DNA of 64,000 nucleotides from Halarcobacter sp. (GTDB taxonomy: Bacteria; Campylobacterota; Campylobacteria; Campylobacterales; Arcobacteraceae). The position numbers were made by a program, and so were the translations under genes. The notes under the pieces are model-generated. The model ran no database searches and was not told where the DNA came from. It saw only the letters and a program-made list of their open reading frames with translations. Below, one piece after another: positions 40,598-50,113 of the stretch (positions are counted from its first letter, which is position 1; every line of letters starts with the position of its first letter). Where the stretch lies: the NCBI GenBank assembly GCA_963676565.1, contig OY781089.1, forward strand, positions 448,001 to 512,000, given 5' to 3'.

Positions 40598-40851
40598 CTC
40601 CTACCCTCCCACAAGTATTAATCTAATATATTAGTATATCAAACTATCAATTAATAGTTCAATCATAGAACTTCTAATACCTCTTTTATTTTTAAATCTA
40701 TTTTTATATTCTCATCTTCTAAAAACACTATGATATAGACTTTTATTAAAGGTTTTATACTTAATAAAAAGCATTTATATAAAAAGATTAATAAGATTTT
40801 ATTACTAGTATGGTATAAAAAGTGTATATAAATGAAAAATTGGAATTTAAA

Positions 40852-41040
40852 ATGAGTATAGAACAAAGATTTTTACAAAAAGCTATAGAGGATAGAAACC
40901 TTATCAGCTTTTCATATGAAGGTAAATCATACAAAGAAGTTAGACCTTTGATAATGAGTGATGAAAAAATCACTTGCAATGTAGGAAATTTTGAGATTAG
41001 GAAGATAAAAAAACTTACTGTTTTAAAGGAAAGGTTTTAA
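40852..41040 (+). CDS. Small WYL-like domain protein
   Basis: AIEDRNLISFSY...VRP...FEIRKIKKLTVLKERF resembles the WYL domain pattern. Confidence 0.5.
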   Translation: MSIEQRFLQKAIEDRNLISFSYEGKSYKEVRPLIMSDEKITCNVGNFEIRKIKKLTVLKERF

Positions 41041-41049
41041 TCTATTTCC

Positions 41050-41210
41050 TTACTTTTTTTAGAAAAAAGTAAACAAAAAAGCGTTCACAAATTCCAAAAA
41101 AACTAAAAAATATATACAAATTCTAAAATTTGAAAACTCGGCTCGTGCCTCACCTCAGACAGTTCAAATTTCTTTACGAATTTTTATAGATTTTTATTAA
41201 CGCTTTTTTG
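41050..41210. repeat. Nested palindromic (REP/MITE-like) intergenic element
   Basis: IRs 41050-59/41063-72, 41074-85/41199-210 and 41126-34/41163-71 around a GC-rich core. Confidence 0.55.
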
Positions 41211-41217
41211 AAAATGC

Positions 41218-42027
41218 TCACGTTTCATAATCAATATTTATAAACCCATTATCAGTAAGAGTTGATTGTTTAAATTTTACATCGTAAGGAATATTATCAA
41301 TTATATATTTTTTAACTTTTTCAGGCATTCTCAAACCAAATATAATGGATTCTATATTTTCTGAATTGTATTTTATTTTTAGAAATTTATCATTTTTTTC
41401 AATAGCATTTTCAATCATTTCATCTCTAGCATGTATTCTATATTCCTCTTCATATACCCATTCATCATATTTTGTTCTTACTGATTCCCATAATTCATTC
41501 TCATTTATATTGCAAGCTATATTAAATCCCTTTCCCTTAAATTCAGCTCTTAGACAATCAATCATCTTTAATGAAGGGGATTTATCTTTGTAAATAACTT
41601 TATCTATATCTCGAAAAGAACTATCTTTAAACTCTATACAAAATCCATAATGTGAATTTCCATAATGTGACCACATTAAATTACTTGTATCATTTTTTGA
41701 AACACAATAAAAGAAATATTCCTCATCAAAAAATTTATTTAAATGTATTTCATAATCTGCAATAAAAGTTAAACCTTTTGCTGTAAAATTATTTCCATTA
41801 TAATAACTCTCAAACTCATATCTTAGATTAAGATTTTGTTTACCTATTTCATTTACAAATTCTTTTATTTCAGAAACAGTAGGCTCTACAAAAACTATTT
41901 TAGAATCTAGAGGATCATTGAAATTTATTCTTGATGAAAAAACTGCATGACAATTGAATAAACCATTTATCCGAGTATCTGAACTTAAATCTTTAGTATT
42001 TTTTATCATTTGATATTTATAAAACAT
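41218..42027 (-). CDS. DUF2971 domain protein
   Basis: NFNDPLD, SNLMWSHYGNSHYGFCIEF, KYDEWVYEEEYR, IESIIFG; GGGAG RBS before ATG 42027. Confidence 0.85.
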   Translation of the reverse strand: MFYKYQMIKNTKDLSSDTRINGLFNCHAVFSSRINFNDPLDSKIVFVEPTVSEIKEFVNEIGKQNLNLRYEFESYYNGNNFTAKGLTFIADYEIHLNKFFDEEYFFYCVSKNDTSNLMWSHYGNSHYGFCIEFKDSSFRDIDKVIYKDKSPSLKMIDCLRAEFKGKGFNIACNINENELWESVRTKYDEWVYEEEYRIHARDEMIENAIEKNDKFLKIKYNSENIESIIFGLRMPEKVKKYIIDNIPYDVKFKQSTLTDNGFINIDYET

Positions 42028-42037
42028 ATTTTCTCCC

Positions 42038-42156
42038 AAAATAGTAAATTTTGTTAAAGTTCAAGGCTAGAGGATAAATTTAGGAAGGAGTTTACTGTAG
42101 TAAATGACTTTCTAAATTTTGACGATAACGCAGAAATTTGACAAAAGAACTATTTT
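42038..42156. repeat. Nested long-hairpin intergenic element
   Basis: Stems 42038-45/42149-56, 42049-62/42133-46, 42076-87/42108-19 and 42091-96/42099-104. Confidence 0.55.
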
Positions 42157-43376
42157 ACTAGCGACTTTCCAGCTAAGTAACCACTAGCCCAAGCAAACTG
42201 CAAATTATATCCACCCCTATTCCCAACTATATCCAAAACTTCACCAGCTAAATAAAGCCCTTCACACTTCTTACTCTCATAAGTTTTATTATCTACCTCA
42301 TCAGTTCTAACACCTCCGCCACTTGCTTCTGCGTGTTTAAATCCTTGGGTATCAGTTACTTTCATTCGGAGATTTATTAGTGAATTAACTATTGCTCTTA
42401 TTTGTTTTGCATTTATATCTTTTGCTTTTAAATCTTTATCTATATTATTCATTTCAAATATTACAGGGGCAAGTTTATTTGAGATAATCCCCGTTAGAAG
42501 TTCACAGGCATTTTGATTTGGTAAAGATTTAAACAATGATTCAATCATCCCTAAAACTTCATTTCTATTTTGTTTTGGAAAAAGGTTTATTGAGATTTGT
42601 ACATCTTGATATAAAGACAAAGGATAAACTGCATATTGGGAGATATCAAGTATTGCAAAACCACTAACTCCATATTTAGTAAAAAGAACATCCCCAAATA
42701 TTTCATTCTCTTTTTGACCATCTATAAATAAACTAACTTGTGATTCTTTTTTTACACCTTGAACTTTTGAAGCGTATTCAAAAGAGGTTTGAAGCCCAAC
42801 AAGCGATGGATAAGTCATATTAAAACTATGCCCAAATTTACAAGCTATATTCATACCATCTTCAGTAGCTTTTAGTTGTGGAGCCGCACCAAGACCAGAA
42901 CTAATTAATACCTTGTCATATTCTTTAAATTCATTTTCTTCTGTTTTTATAAAAAACTTTCCACCTTGTTTTTCTATATCTAGTACTTTTTCATTTAAAA
43001 TTAAATTTACACCTAATGATTCAAGTGAGTTTTCTAAAAGTCTTACAACTGATTTTGCTTCATTTGATAGAGGATAAACTTTCCCATCCTCTTTTATATC
43101 AAGTAAAAGTCCAATTGATTTACAAAATTTTTCAAAGGCTTTAAAATCAAACTGTTTTAGAGCATAGGAACAAAAAGATGGATTCTCACCTATATAGTTT
43201 TCAACTTTACAATCAATATTTGAAATATTACATCTTCCGTTTCCCGAAGCAAGTATTTTTTTCCCAATACCATTATTCACATCAAAAATATCAATATCTA
43301 ATTTTTCATTTTCTCTTTTAGCTGTAATAGCTGCTATAATCCCCGCTGCACCTGCGCCAACAATTGCGATTTTCAA
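42150..43376 (-). CDS. HI0933/BaiN (YhiN) family flavoprotein
   Basis: TTG start after AAGG; GAGAAG, GKKILASGNGRCN, GEVLDIVGNRGGYNLQFAWASG. Confidence 0.92.
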   Translation of the reverse strand: MKIAIVGAGAAGIIAAITAKRENEKLDIDIFDVNNGIGKKILASGNGRCNISNIDCKVENYIGENPSFCSYALKQFDFKAFEKFCKSIGLLLDIKEDGKVYPLSNEAKSVVRLLENSLESLGVNLILNEKVLDIEKQGGKFFIKTEENEFKEYDKVLISSGLGAAPQLKATEDGMNIACKFGHSFNMTYPSLVGLQTSFEYASKVQGVKKESQVSLFIDGQKENEIFGDVLFTKYGVSGFAILDISQYAVYPLSLYQDVQISINLFPKQNRNEVLGMIESLFKSLPNQNACELLTGIISNKLAPVIFEMNNIDKDLKAKDINAKQIRAIVNSLINLRMKVTDTQGFKHAEASGGGVRTDEVDNKTYESKKCEGLYLAGEVLDIVGNRGGYNLQFAWASGYLAGKSLVK

Positions 43377-43443
43377 TATATACCTTTCTTTATAAAATCT
43401 GATTATACAATTTTTAATGTAAATATGAGTTTTTAAAAAGCAC

Positions 43444-43458
43444 TGGTACACTTTTTGC
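43444..43458 (+). promoter_or_regulatory. Sigma54-type (-24/-12) promoter candidate
   Basis: TGGTAC-acttt-TTGC with exact GG-N10-GC spacing, 33 bp before the ATG. Confidence 0.55.
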
Positions 43459-43491
43459 AAACATAGACTTAGTCCAATACTAAGGAACTTT

Positions 43492-44493
43492 ATGACTCCT
43501 CAAAATACAAAGCATGCCATTTCACATCTTGTAAACAGAAAGATTCCTATTTTCTTGTGGGGTCCTCCTGGTATTGGAAAATCATCCATCGTAGCCCAAA
43601 TTGCAAAAGACAAAGGTATTGACTGTATAGATTTAAGACTTTCCCTTCTTGATCCTACAGACCTTAGAGGTATTCCATTTTTTAATTCAAACAATGACTC
43701 TGCAGTTTGGGCTCCCCCTTCATTTTTGCCAGATGGTACGGTAAAAGAAGGAATTTTATTTTTAGACGAATTAAACACAGCTGCTCCAATGGTTCAAGCA
43801 TCAGCTTATCAACTAATACTTGATAGAAAAATTGGTGAGTATCACCTTCCTGATGGTTGGTCAATAGTTGCAGCAGGTAATAGAGAAAGTGATAGAGGTG
43901 TAGTATTTAGAATGGCTTCACCTTTAGCAAACAGATTTGTACACCTTGAAATGGAGCCATATGTAGAAGATTGGCAAATATGGGCAAAACAAAATAATAT
44001 TGATACTTCAATAATAGCTTTTATATCTTATAGACCCGATGCACTTTTTACATTTAACACCCAAAATGATGAAAAAGCCTTTGCAACTCCAAGAACTTGG
44101 GAGTATGTAAACGAAATCTTATTATCAGATCCAATTGATGACCTACTTCTAACAATGATAGCAGGTGCTATTGGTGAAGAATTAGCTGCTTCATTCTTAG
44201 CATTTAAAGCTGTTGAAAAATCCTTACCAAATATGAATGAGATTTTAAATGGAACGGGTGAAGATGTTCCAACTGAAACCTCTGCACTACATATTTTATG
44301 TACCTCACTATCTATGAGAATAGATGATGAATCTTCAACAGATGAACTAAACAATCTTTTAGGCTATACTTTAAAACTTCCTGGTGAATTTGCTGTTATG
44401 ATAATCCAAGATTTAAGACAAAGAAATATTGAAGTTGACTATTTAAAAAATTGGCCATTGTGGTTAAAAAACTTTAATAAACTATTACACTAA
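43492..44493 (+). CDS. MoxR-like AAA+ ATPase
   Basis: Walker A GPPGIGKS, Walker B LFLDE, AAGNR, LANRF, TPRTW. Confidence 0.9.
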   Translation: MTPQNTKHAISHLVNRKIPIFLWGPPGIGKSSIVAQIAKDKGIDCIDLRLSLLDPTDLRGIPFFNSNNDSAVWAPPSFLPDGTVKEGILFLDELNTAAPMVQASAYQLILDRKIGEYHLPDGWSIVAAGNRESDRGVVFRMASPLANRFVHLEMEPYVEDWQIWAKQNNIDTSIIAFISYRPDALFTFNTQNDEKAFATPRTWEYVNEILLSDPIDDLLLTMIAGAIGEELAASFLAFKAVEKSLPNMNEILNGTGEDVPTETSALHILCTSLSMRIDDESSTDELNNLLGYTLKLPGEFAVMIIQDLRQRNIEVDYLKNWPLWLKNFNKLLH

Positions 44494-44507
44494 GAGTTCC
44501 ATTTATT

Positions 44508-45656
44508 ATGGATGCAAATACCCTTTTAGTAAAAGCAAAAAGCCAACTAACAACCCAACATCCATATTTTGGAATGTTAGCTTCAAGATTAAAACATGAA
44601 GAGGATGAAAATATAAGTTATTACGCTAGTAATGGTGTAAGATTTAAATATAATCCTACATTTATAGAATCTTGTTCAAAAGATGAATTAAAATTTATCC
44701 TTACAAATTGTGTGATGCACCATATTTTATCCCATCAACAAAGAAAGTTAAACAGAAAAGGTATGCTTTGGCAACTTGCAACTGATTTTGCAATCAATAA
44801 TCTTCTTAAAAAAAGTGGTCTTAAAATCCCTAAGGGTGCTAATTACAATAAAGAATTTAAAAATATGTATTCTGAGGAGATTTATGAAATACTAAAAGAG
44901 GAAGTTGAACTTCAAGGTGCAAATGCCTTTGATGACAAACTTGATAAAACAGATAATACTTTAGTAAACTCAAATGAAGAGATGAAAAATTCTATCTTTA
45001 AAAATATAGATAAAATAGATCAAGAACTAGATGAAAGAGATGAAGAGAATTGGGAATATGCAGCAACTCTAGCAAAAGAAGTAGCCCAAAGAAAATCTTT
45101 GATGCCTAGTGGCTTTGAACGATTTGCAAAAAAGATGAAGGCTAATAATATTGATTGGCGATTTGAACTTTATAATGCAATCAATAAACATATGAGAAAC
45201 AACTATGCTTTTATGCCCCCTAATAAAAAACATATCCATAGAGGAATTGCCCTGCCAAGCCTTACTAGCGATACATTAAGTCTTGTGGTTGCAATTGATA
45301 CCTCAGGAAGTATTAAAGAGGAATTATTAGGTCTCTTTACAGAAGAGTTTAAATCAATCATGCAAAATTTTCCAGCTATTTCAATTGAACTAATAATTGC
45401 AGATGCTAAAGTTCAAGGACACTATAGTTTTAGAGGTGGTGATAAATTAGATTTTCCACTAAAAGGTGGTGGAGGAACAGATTATAGACCTGTTTTTGAG
45501 TTTATTGATGCAAATTTACCAATGAGTTCTATGCTTTTATATTTTACTGATGGTGAAGGGATTTTTCCAAGAATCCCACCATCATATGAAGTTTTATGGG
45601 CATTAAGTGCAAATAAAAACAAAATACCCTTTGGAAGAAAACTACTTTTAATCTAA
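44508..45656 (+). CDS. DUF2201 / vWA-like domain protein
   Basis: PYFG, ATDFAIN, IDWR, MIDAS AIDTSGSI, GGGGTDY, YFTDG. Confidence 0.88.
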   Translation: MDANTLLVKAKSQLTTQHPYFGMLASRLKHEEDENISYYASNGVRFKYNPTFIESCSKDELKFILTNCVMHHILSHQQRKLNRKGMLWQLATDFAINNLLKKSGLKIPKGANYNKEFKNMYSEEIYEILKEEVELQGANAFDDKLDKTDNTLVNSNEEMKNSIFKNIDKIDQELDERDEENWEYAATLAKEVAQRKSLMPSGFERFAKKMKANNIDWRFELYNAINKHMRNNYAFMPPNKKHIHRGIALPSLTSDTLSLVVAIDTSGSIKEELLGLFTEEFKSIMQNFPAISIELIIADAKVQGHYSFRGGDKLDFPLKGGGGTDYRPVFEFIDANLPMSSMLLYFTDGEGIFPRIPPSYEVLWALSANKNKIPFGRKLLLI

Positions 45657-45660
45657 TTTT

Positions 45661-46971
45661 TTAATTCAATCCCAAAATTTCAAACTGTAAATACCAAATT
45701 GCAATAGATACAAAATATCCTAACAAAATTGTCCATGCATATTTAAAATGAGCCCCAAAAGTGTAAATACCTTTTAATTTACCCATAACTCCAACACCTG
45801 CTGCACTACCAAAAGAGATTAAAGAACCACCAATACCAGCAGTAAGGGTAACTAACATCCAATTTGAAAGATCCATATCAGGATTTGCTTTTAAAATTGC
45901 AGACATAACAGGAACATTATCAACTAAAGCAGATAAAAAACCAACAGCTATATTTGCCATTGTAGGTCCTAAATAATCATCACGGTAAACAATCGAAGCA
46001 AGACTTAACCATCCAATAAAATATAAAGCACCAACGGCTGCCAAAATACCAAAGAAAAATAAAAGTGTGTTGTTTTCAATTTTTGCCATTGATTCAAAAA
46101 CATTAAAATGCTCTTTCCCAAATCTTTTTGTTAATTTATATGAGTGTAGTTTTAGAAGCACTAAACCAAACATCATACCCCACATTGCAGGGAAATCTAA
46201 AACTTGATGAGAGATTACAGCACAAATAATAGTTACAATTCCTAAAAAGATAATAATTGTCGCACCCTCTTTCATCTCTGGCTTTTCCTCTTTGTCGGCA
46301 TCAAAATGTGGTTTTGTATCAGGTACTACCCTTGAAAGTAAAAATGCCGTAACTAAATAACCCATAATAGATGAAGGGAATAAAAATAAAAAATCTACAA
46401 AGTGTGCTTTTCCTGCTGTCCATGCCATTAAAGTTGTAATATCACCAAAGGGAGACCAAGCTCCACCAGCATTTGCAGCAACAACAATATTGATAGCCCC
46501 AGGGACTAAAAACTCTTTTTTAGTTTTTTCAATAGTGATTAAAACAGTTGAAAGAATAAGTGCAGTTGTAAGGTTATCAGCAATAGGAGAAATGAAAAAT
46601 GCTAAAAATCCAGTAACCCAAAAAAGTTTTCTATATGTAAAACCCTTTGAGATTAAATTATACTTCAATCTGTCAAAAACACCCATATGAATCAAAGACT
46701 CAATATATGTCATTGCAACAAAAAGGAAAAAAACGATTTCTGCTATCTCTAAGATAACAGCCTCTGCCTCATCATGGACATGATGGATATTTAATCCATT
46801 TATGTAATAGTAAATTGCAATTAATATAAATGAGACAATACCTATAAACAAAGCAGGAACAGATTTATCAATTTCATACTTTTCTTCATTCGCAATAAAA
46901 TAGTACCCAATAATAAAAATGAAAAGTACTAAAAATCCAATCCAACTCATAGTTAAATTTAATAATTCCAT
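45661..46971 (-). CDS. nhaD: NhaD-family Na+/H+ antiporter
   Basis: SPIADNLTT, NAGGAWSPFGDITT, SALVDNVP, GGSLISFGSAAGV. Confidence 0.9.
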   Translation of the reverse strand: MELLNLTMSWIGFLVLFIFIIGYYFIANEEKYEIDKSVPALFIGIVSFILIAIYYYINGLNIHHVHDEAEAVILEIAEIVFFLFVAMTYIESLIHMGVFDRLKYNLISKGFTYRKLFWVTGFLAFFISPIADNLTTALILSTVLITIEKTKKEFLVPGAINIVVAANAGGAWSPFGDITTLMAWTAGKAHFVDFLFLFPSSIMGYLVTAFLLSRVVPDTKPHFDADKEEKPEMKEGATIIIFLGIVTIICAVISHQVLDFPAMWGMMFGLVLLKLHSYKLTKRFGKEHFNVFESMAKIENNTLLFFFGILAAVGALYFIGWLSLASIVYRDDYLGPTMANIAVGFLSALVDNVPVMSAILKANPDMDLSNWMLVTLTAGIGGSLISFGSAAGVGVMGKLKGIYTFGAHFKYAWTILLGYFVSIAIWYLQFEILGLN

Positions 46972-46981
46972 AAAAAAACTC

Positions 46982-48136
46982 CTATTTTTTGTAGCCTCGT
47001 ATAATTAAAAATGCTACAAATGAGATAAATGCTAAACTAGTTCCAATTGGGACAAGTGAGTCACCATGGGATAAAACTCCTAATGATGAAATAATAGCAC
47101 CTAAACCAAATTGTAAAACACCAACTACTCCAGAGGCAACACCTGCATTTTTTTTAAAATGCTCCAATGCTAAAGCCATACAGTTACCAAATATAAATGC
47201 CATCATACTCATATACCCAGCCATTAAAGCCATTGTCAAAGGTAAGGTTTGAATATCAGCAGTTAAAGCCCATAAAATTGCAATAAACACTTGAATAATT
47301 AAACTAGTTTTGATTAAAAATAAAGGGGTATTAGATTTTAGAAAATATAAATTAACTCTTATCATTGCAATTAATATTACAAAATTAAACCCAAAAAAGA
47401 AAGGAAAATGGTCGGTTGAAACCCCATAATGTTCAATAAAAATAAAAGAGGACTTTGAAATAAAAATAAAAAATCCTGAAAATCCTAAAGATAAAGTCAA
47501 CATTGCTTTCATAGCAGTTTTATGACTAAGAACTATTTTATAAGAGTTATAGATACCTTGTTTCACATAGGTAAAACTTTCATCTAAATCTTTATAAACT
47601 AAAAAGGCTACAAATAGAGCATACAAAGTTAAAAATAAAAATACAGCTTCCCATGAATAAAAATGTATAATTAAGGAACCAATTGCAGGGGCTATAAGTG
47701 GAGCAATACTTCTAATTGTACCAATTAATGATAAAACCTTTGCAGCTTCTTGTCCATGAAATCTATCCCTTACTGTTGCCATTGCATTAACAACTACTAT
47801 TCCACCAAAAAATGCTTCAATAAATCTAAAAATCCATAGTTGATAAACATTTGCACTAAAAATCATAATAAAACTAAATAATGCAAACCCTAAAAGACCA
47901 AAAAGTGAACTTTTTCTTCTTCCTAATCTATCTGACATTGGACCACCAAAAATTTGTCCAACTGAAAAACCTATCAAAAAGATTGAGAGTGTTAATTCTA
48001 TTTTTTCAATACTAACATGAAAGGCCTCAGCTATATTTGGGATTGAGGGGATATAAGTATCAGTTGCAATTGGTGCAACTGAAGAGAGTATTGATAATAA
48101 TATAATTAAGTAGATATGATTTATCGCTTTTTTCAT
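46982..48136 (-). CDS. Bcr/CflA family multidrug efflux MFS transporter
   Basis: TDTYIPSIP, GPMSDRLGRR, APLIAPAIG. Confidence 0.9.
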   Translation of the reverse strand: MKKAINHIYLIILLSILSSVAPIATDTYIPSIPNIAEAFHVSIEKIELTLSIFLIGFSVGQIFGGPMSDRLGRRKSSLFGLLGFALFSFIMIFSANVYQLWIFRFIEAFFGGIVVVNAMATVRDRFHGQEAAKVLSLIGTIRSIAPLIAPAIGSLIIHFYSWEAVFLFLTLYALFVAFLVYKDLDESFTYVKQGIYNSYKIVLSHKTAMKAMLTLSLGFSGFFIFISKSSFIFIEHYGVSTDHFPFFFGFNFVILIAMIRVNLYFLKSNTPLFLIKTSLIIQVFIAILWALTADIQTLPLTMALMAGYMSMMAFIFGNCMALALEHFKKNAGVASGVVGVLQFGLGAIISSLGVLSHGDSLVPIGTSLAFISFVAFLIIRGYKK

Positions 48137-48570
48137 TATTCATAATCCTTTACACCCTCATCAACTTTATTTAAAAGTCTAAAAAGTGTTTCCCTTTCAT
48201 CTTCATCTAATTTTGAAACTAGTGCTTCCCTAAACTTACGTGTACTTTCTTGAGAAGCTTTCAAAGTCTCTTCCCCTTTTTTTGTCAAAACAATAAAACT
48301 TACTCTTTTATCATCCTTACTTAATGCTTTTTTTATAAGTTCTTTTTTTTCTAATGTCCTTAATGTTCTGCTAATAGTAGTTTTATCTTTTGATAAAGTG
48401 TTTGAGATTTTTGTTAAAGTAGCCTCTTTTTCTTGAAATATAATCTCTAGTGTAACCCTTTGCTCAATAGCTATATCAAAAGGTTGAAGCATATGATTAA
48501 ATAAACTATTCAAATTATTTGCAACCTTGTTAATTTTAAATCCTATTGATTTTTCTAAAGTAATTTCCAT
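48136..48570 (-). CDS. MarR family transcriptional regulator
   Basis: KDKTTISRTLRTLEKKELI..DKR...LTKKG; coupled to the MFS gene. Confidence 0.92.
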   Translation of the reverse strand: MEITLEKSIGFKINKVANNLNSLFNHMLQPFDIAIEQRVTLEIIFQEKEATLTKISNTLSKDKTTISRTLRTLEKKELIKKALSKDDKRVSFIVLTKKGEETLKASQESTRKFREALVSKLDEDERETLFRLLNKVDEGVKDYE

Positions 48571-48583
48571 CTAAAACCTTTAA

Positions 48584-48610
48584 TTGTATATACAACTATT
48601 GCATATGCAA
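48584..48610. promoter_or_regulatory. Tandem palindromic MarR-type operator
   Basis: TTGTATATACAA-cta-TTGCATATGCAA just upstream of the MarR start. Confidence 0.7.
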
Positions 48611-48749
48611 CCTTATTTCTTAATAAAAGTTGTTCATTAATTTCTTCATTTTATAGCTAATTAGAATACTATACTAATTTAATAAGGTATAAATTATAAC
48701 CTCTAAAGTACCATAAAATAGTTATTTTAAATATTTAGTATCAATTTAC

Positions 48750-48778
48750 TTGACATTTATTTAGAAATACTATACAAT
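48750..48778 (+). promoter_or_regulatory. Sigma70 promoter of the metY-cys operon
   Basis: TTGACA-N17-TACAAT. Confidence 0.75.
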
Positions 48779-48829
48779 TTCAATAAGAATTAAAATAATA
48801 GACTTTACAAAAGGTAAATGGAGGAATAT

Positions 48830-50098
48830 ATGAGAAAAGAAACTATTGCAGTTCATGGTGGATATAACAATAAAGAAGCGTGGGGAACAATGAATGTACC
48901 TATTGCTCAAACAACTGCATATGCATTTAGAGATGCTGAACATGCAGCAAATTTATTTGCATTAAAAGAGTTAGGTTCAATCTATTCTAGATTAACAAAT
49001 CCTACTACTGATGTATTAGAACAAAGATTTGCACAATTAGAAGGTGGAGCAGCAGCAATTTGTGTTGCATCTGGTCAATCAGCTATTTTTTATGCTGTTG
49101 CAAATGTTGCAGAAGCGGGAGACAATGTTTTAATCTCTGATAAGCTTTATGGTGGAGCAGTTACACTTTTAACTTATACTTTAAAAAGATTTGGAATCTC
49201 TACAAAAGTATTTAAAAGTGAAGATGCCTCTAATTTAGAAGAACAAATTGATGAAAATACAAAAGCTATTTTCTTTGAATCTTTATCAAATCCTCAAATT
49301 GCTATTGCAGATATTGAAAAAATTGTAGAGATTGGAAAAAGAAATGGTGTTTTAACTATTTGTGATAATACTGTAGCAAGTGCTGCACTGTTTAACCCAA
49401 TTAAATGGGGAGTTGATGTTGTAGTTCACTCAACTTCAAAATATACAAATGGTCAGGGTTCAGCAATTGGTGGAATTATTGTTGAAAGAGATGGTTTAGC
49501 AGAGTTCTTTAAAGAGAATTCAAAAAGATATTATCACTTTGTAGAGCCAGATGTTTCATACCATGGTTTAGTTTATGTAGATGTTCCTCTACCAAACTTT
49601 TGTCTAAGAATTAGACTTAATTTATTAAGAGATATTGGAGCTTGTCAATCTCCTCATAACTCTTGGTTATTATTACAAACAATTGAAACTTTAGATATTA
49701 GAATGGACAAACATTCAAATAGTGCATTAACTGTTGCTAAGTTTTTAGAATCTAATTCAAAAGTAACATCAGTAAATTACCCAGGATTAGAGTCAAGTCC
49801 ATATTATGAAAAAGCACAAAAATATTTTGAAGGTGGGAAAGCATCTGGTCTTATCTCATTTGAAGTAGCAGATTTTGAGACTGCTAAAAAAGTGATTGAT
49901 TCAGCGAAGTTATTTAGTGTAGTTGTAAATATTGGTGATTCTAAGTCACTTATTGTTCACCCAGCATCAACAACTCACTCTCAAATGACTGAAAATGAGT
50001 TAAAAGAAGCAGGAATTAATCCAACTACAATTAGGTTATCTATTGGATTAGAAGATCCTCAAGATTTAATTGAAGATTTAGAGCAAGCATTAAGCTAA
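48830..50098 (+). CDS. metY: O-acetylhomoserine aminocarboxypropyltransferase (sulfhydrylase)
   Basis: YSRLTNPT, HSTSKY (PLP Lys), NIGDSKSLIVHPASTTH; GGAGG RBS. Confidence 0.88.
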   Translation: MRKETIAVHGGYNNKEAWGTMNVPIAQTTAYAFRDAEHAANLFALKELGSIYSRLTNPTTDVLEQRFAQLEGGAAAICVASGQSAIFYAVANVAEAGDNVLISDKLYGGAVTLLTYTLKRFGISTKVFKSEDASNLEEQIDENTKAIFFESLSNPQIAIADIEKIVEIGKRNGVLTICDNTVASAALFNPIKWGVDVVVHSTSKYTNGQGSAIGGIIVERDGLAEFFKENSKRYYHFVEPDVSYHGLVYVDVPLPNFCLRIRLNLLRDIGACQSPHNSWLLLQTIETLDIRMDKHSNSALTVAKFLESNSKVTSVNYPGLESSPYYEKAQKYFEGGKASGLISFEVADFETAKKVIDSAKLFSVVVNIGDSKSLIVHPASTTHSQMTENELKEAGINPTTIRLSIGLEDPQDLIEDLEQALS

Positions 50099-50113
50099 GA
50101 AGGTTTATTAATT

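Noticed and set aside
43377..43460. Extended N-termini in the ORF track (baiN from 43460; likewise 3027, 53365, 48818, 42039)
   Set aside because: Downstream starts have better RBSs and match family N-termini
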